64,000 bases of DNA, from assembly GCA_964016885.1 (NCBI GenBank), contig OZ024740.1, positions 233,678,001 to 233,742,000 of the forward strand, written 5' to 3'. Shown here piece after piece: positions 59,126-64,000 of this stretch. Below the pieces are notes generated by a model, which did no database searches, had not been told where the DNA came from, and worked only from the letters and a program-made list of their open reading frames with translations. This stretch comes from Eledone cirrhosa. Its lineage: Eukaryota. A program made the position numbers and the translations under genes. Each line of letters begins with the position of its first letter. Within the stretch, counting starts at the first letter, position 1.

Positions 59126-59882
59126 CGTTAGAGTACATTAGGTTGCCTTTTCATATGAAAAATATTTTTAAAAAAAGGATGAAAATAGAGGAACTCTAAG
59201 GAAAAATATCTATCACTGTTACTTACCTAATTAGAGCGACATTCGCGAGACTATTCGTCACAAGATTCCTGATAACTAACGAAGCAATTACGTGTGATGC
59301 AAAAAAGCCGAAAATGTGTCACATGTATCGTAATTTTTATCTTACTTTCTATGAGAGGGTGTTTCTTCAATATAATTTTAGGGCTTCTTTAGTAATTCAT
59401 TTTCACCTCATTATTAGACATGTATGGCAAGTGTTATCAACTGGGATTGAACGGCTATCTCTTTTCCGTTTTAATCTTTTATTAGTTTTGAAGCGTATCA
59501 TCTGTATCATCTTTCGTGATGTGTACTGATAATATCACATGATATATGTTAACAAGGAATCATACATGTTTATGTGTATGAATGGTTATATATTGTAGGC
59601 ATATATCCCCTACATAATGATATATATGTATATATATATATATATATATGCGTGTGTGTTTGTGAGAGAGAGAGAGAGAGAGTGTGTGTATGTGTGTGTG
59701 TGTCTACGTGTCTGTATAAGTCAGTGTGTGTGTGAGTGTGTGTGTGGGTGTCTATGTGTCTGTATAAGTCTGTGTGTGTGTGAGTGTGTGCGTGTGTCTA
59801 TGTGTGTGTATAAGTCTGTGTGTGTGTGAGAGTGTGTGTAAGAGAGAGAATAAGAGTGCGTGCGTGTCTCTGCCTGTGTGTT

Positions 59883-59918
<36 letters not shown>

Positions 59919-60244
59919 TCTATATTTATTTTGTACAAATATATACATGAATGGCTACAAATAACAACAGCAGGAACAACAAGAAAGATTTGTATCAATT
60001 AATACCTGACTCCATCACTATCACCATTGTCAATCTACCTTGTCGTTTCATTCAACATTTCACCGACATCCACCCGCCCATTCTCATCTCAATCTAAGTA
60101 ATATCACCAACCCCTGATCTCCACCGTGTGTATCCGCCCGCAACCCACCCACCTCTACTTTAGATAACACAGAAATCGACATCAAGATAACCCACAAGAG
60201 CGCCAAGGGAGAAAAGAATAGGTTTGAGGAGAGTGACATATATA

Positions 60245-60533
<289 letters not shown>

Positions 60534-60540
60534 CACACAC

Positions 60541-60584
<44 letters not shown>

Positions 60585-60604
60585 ACATATATATATACAT
60601 ACAT

Positions 60605-60661
<57 letters not shown>

Positions 60662-60993
60662 GAGGGGGGATGTTCAGGATAAGGAATGCATGACGAAAAA
60701 GAGTATATCTACAAGGTGAAAGAAAGGGAGGAGATAAAAAGAATGGAGAAGATAGAGAACAGTGAAATACAGAAAGTAAAAGAGAAAAATGAAAGAGGGA
60801 GGAGAGAGAGAGAAGCGTGGCACCAATCGTTTTATATCTCCTTCCTTATCCACAAAAATACAATTCATTTATATATGTATATAGTGAGGTTTATATATGT
60901 TGAGAATGTATAGCCCCGTGCTAGGGCAGCAGAGCGTATCGAATCTAATATGTCTAAGTAGATTTACGTACGTACGCACACATACACACGCAC

Positions 60994-61034
<41 letters not shown>

Positions 61035-62046
61035 GGCGCGCACACAAACAAACACTCATACACAAACAAACATGTATGCACACACGATCACACACATTCT
61101 CACACACACATAGAGACCCCCATATATACGAGCCAACGTGGGAGCCTCTACGTGGTGATAAGACTTGCTTGAAATAATAGCCAAATCTCCTTCAAAACCC
61201 ATAACCTACCATATTAAAAAATAAACATCACATTTGATCATTGATCATAGCTTTACTCGGTGTGGGCTGATCCCGAGCTAATCAACAACTATTTCATATA
61301 CATATACTCACACACACACACACACACACACATGCAGGCAAACATACATACATACATACACATACATACATACATACATACATAGCACACACATGCATGC
61401 AGACATGCAGATATAATCTACCTAGTTGATGTGTAAATTCCAATGAGAGAATCTTGTGTCTAGGTTAGAAACCGACTCTCTCTATATTCGCAAAAAATTT
61501 GTGAATTTATAAAACCAGAAGAACATACATACATACATACATACATACATGGTGTCTGCCAACTCGTTTTCGAGTACGGCCACTACTTTATATCCATGTA
61601 GGAGAACTCCTACCGATGCTCTGAACGAGTGTGACTTTTTAGTTAAGCCAGCGACTTAAAAACTCTGGTACAAACAATACACTTGTGACAATTATTGACA
61701 CATAGTGCTGGGCCCATGGTACCATGTAACGACAAGTGCAGAGAGATCTCCAGATATAAAGCAATGCCTGTGCCGTGAAGCTTTTATAGTGAGCAAAGGC
61801 ACTGCACAAAGCCAGTCCCACTCTCTTAACCAAGATGATATTTACCAAAAAGAAGAACAAGTCAGCATCATTGGATACCATCAGGGTTGCAGGTGTTATA
61901 TCAGAGTTTCCCTTCTCCTAGAATTCTGCCTTGATAAAGGCTAAGGGGTCATTGTTGATTAGCTCGGGATCAGCCCAGACCGAGTAAAGCTATGATCAAT
62001 GATCAAATGTGATGTTTATTTTTTAATACATACATACATACATTGT

Positions 62047-62260
62047 GAAGGCGTGTGGCTGAGTGGTTAGAGAATTGGATTCACAATCTTGAGGTTGTGA
62101 GTTCGATTCCTGGACCGGGCGATGCGTTATGTCCTTGAGCAAGACACTTTATTTCACGTTGCTCCTTCTACCTGGAGTTGCGACCGATAGATAGTACTAG
62201 CAACTGGAAAGACCAACGGAAACATTGTTTCCCCGGTCAGATTTGACGAAAGTCGATCGA
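62047..62260 (+). mobile_element. SINE B
   Basis: GAAGGCGTGTGGCTGAGTGGTTAGAG (A box), GAGTTCGATTCC (B box), GTCCTTGAGCAAGACACTTTATTTCACG core. Confidence 0.9.
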
Positions 62261-63018
62261 CCCCCCCCCAAAAAAATGCATACATACAAAGCATGTACAC
62301 ATGCACACATACAACTCAAAACATACACATCCACACACACAATAACATCCATATCTACACATGCAGACATAATCTACCTAGTTGATGTTGTGTAAATTCT
62401 TATGAGAGAGTCTTGTATCTATGTTAGAAACCGACTCTCTCTCTATTCTCAAAAATTTGTGAATTTATAAAACCAGAAGAACATATACATACATACATAC
62501 TTACTTACATTCATGTATACATACAAGGATGTACTGTAGGTTCTGTATGGCCATTGTACCAATGGCCTGCCCCAGTAGTCTTCTTACAAACATCGGGATA
62601 CTGAATCAACTTCTTCGTCCCTTTTATGCTGCTAGCGTTGCGAAACACTCAAATGCCTTACACTATAATACAATGAAAAAATATGTCTAAAAAATTTCAG
62701 AGCTTACTTTGCACAATTGGCGAAACAAACGCGAGAAAAATAACTTTATAAATATAGCTGAATATATTTCTTCAACGTACAAATATATAACATTTTTCAG
62801 ATTATTAAATATTGGTCGATAAATTACGCTGAAATAAATACTGGGATCAATATGCTCAACTAATGGGTTAAAGGCAATGTCTTAACGTAATCGCAGTTCA
62901 AAGAATTAAAAAAAGACTAAGAGAAGATATATATGTCTGTGTGTGTGTGTTAGCGTGTTTGTGTGTATGTGAGTATATGTGCATGTGCACAACACATGCA
63001 TATAGATATATATGATTT

Positions 63019-63092
<74 letters not shown>

Positions 63093-63216
63093 AACGCACC
63101 TCCTACATTACATATATATATAAAAATTAAAGTATAGAAATTGTTGTGAGCATGAAGCCAACAGTATTTCATAATATTTCTAATGAATGAAACAGTTCTA
63201 GTCCTGTAGAATCTCA

Positions 63217-63257
<41 letters not shown>

Positions 63258-63344
63258 ATAATAATAAATTTGAAGACTAAAATCCAAAGAGGGCTCCATA
63301 AGGATAAATATATATCAAATATATAAGAACGGTTGAGCAAATAT

Positions 63345-63476
63345 TTATTAAAATAACAGATTAAAGTTTAAGCAAAGAATCGCTGCTTTCGCCCTTAACG
63401 GGATCTTCTGAAACTCAAAAGATCCCGTTAAGGGTGAAAGCAACGATTCTTTGCTTAAACTTTAATCTGTTATTTT

Positions 63477-63481
<5 letters not shown>
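63345..63481. repeat. Palindromic cassette with hammerhead-like motif at the centre
   Basis: Arms TTATTAAAATAACAG..CCCTTAACGGGATCTT / AAGATCCCGTTAAGGG..CTGTTATTTTAATAA. Minus arm reads CAGAAGA TCCCGTTAAGGGC GAAAGC. Confidence 0.85.
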
Positions 63482-63532
<51 letters not shown>

Positions 63533-63590
63533 GTGAGGTTTTTTTTTACAAAATGAAAAATAACCGAGGTGTCCTACACGAGTGAAAGGA

Positions 63591-63689
63591 TAAAGAAAAA
63601 GAGATGAAATCGAAAATGCAACTGGAGTCTTTATTTTTTTTAAAAATAAGACTCCAGTTGCATTTTCGATTTCATCTCTTTTTCTTTAT
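63591..63689. repeat. ~100-bp palindrome abutting (AT)n
   Basis: TAAAGAAAAAGAGATGAAATCGAAAATGCAACTGGAGTCTT / AAGACTCCAGTTGCATTTTCGATTTCATCTCTTTTTCTTTA. Confidence 0.9.
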
Positions 63690-63819
63690 ATATATATATA
63701 TATATATATTATGAAATACTGTTGGCTTCACGCTCACAACAATTTCTATATTTTATTTATATATATATATATATATATATAATGTAGGAGGTGAGTTTTA
63801 TTGTAGCACAATAAAGCAA

Positions 63820-63858
<39 letters not shown>

Positions 63859-64000
63859 CAAGTAAGAAAATAGAATAGCTTTCACCGTATTTTTGACTAA
63901 AGAAATTTTAGCCAGATAATGGGGTTTAGAACCCTCAGATAAATGGAAAAAGATAAGTATTGACGTACATGGGAGTCGAATCCACATCTTTGGTTATCCA

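Noticed and set aside
62047-62120. Possible tRNA genes (also the heads at 4041, 6900-6966, 58770-58841)
   Set aside because: A/B boxes are present but continue into SINE bodies, and no clean cloverleaf forms.

Overview
AT-rich, microsatellite-saturated animal genomic DNA. The (AT)n/(GT)n/(CATA)n load and the SINE repertoire suggest a cephalopod such as Octopus (inference). Almost all ORF-track entries are microsatellite artefacts. The only credible host-gene piece is one + strand internal exon at 54696-54904 encoding a divergent GATA-type Cys4 zinc finger (C-X2-C-X16-C-X2-C), with the phase-1/phase-0 borders typical of the GATA N-finger exon. The rest is transposon-derived: two tRNA-headed SINE families; decayed CR1/L2, Tx1, RTE and R4/Dong LINE pieces; mariner and hAT MITEs; and a Penelope-like (GIY-YIG) retroelement fragment. 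Two features stand out. First, many short cassettes inside (AT)n tracts carry minimal type-I hammerhead ribozyme motifs (CUGANGA...GAAA...UH with a palindromic stem III) and are often folded back into near-perfect palindromes whose turning points lie in or next to the ribozyme. Second, several near-identical inverted copies of neighbouring DNA are inserted into microsatellites. All calls were made by eye without alignment or folding software, and coordinates of decayed elements are approximate.
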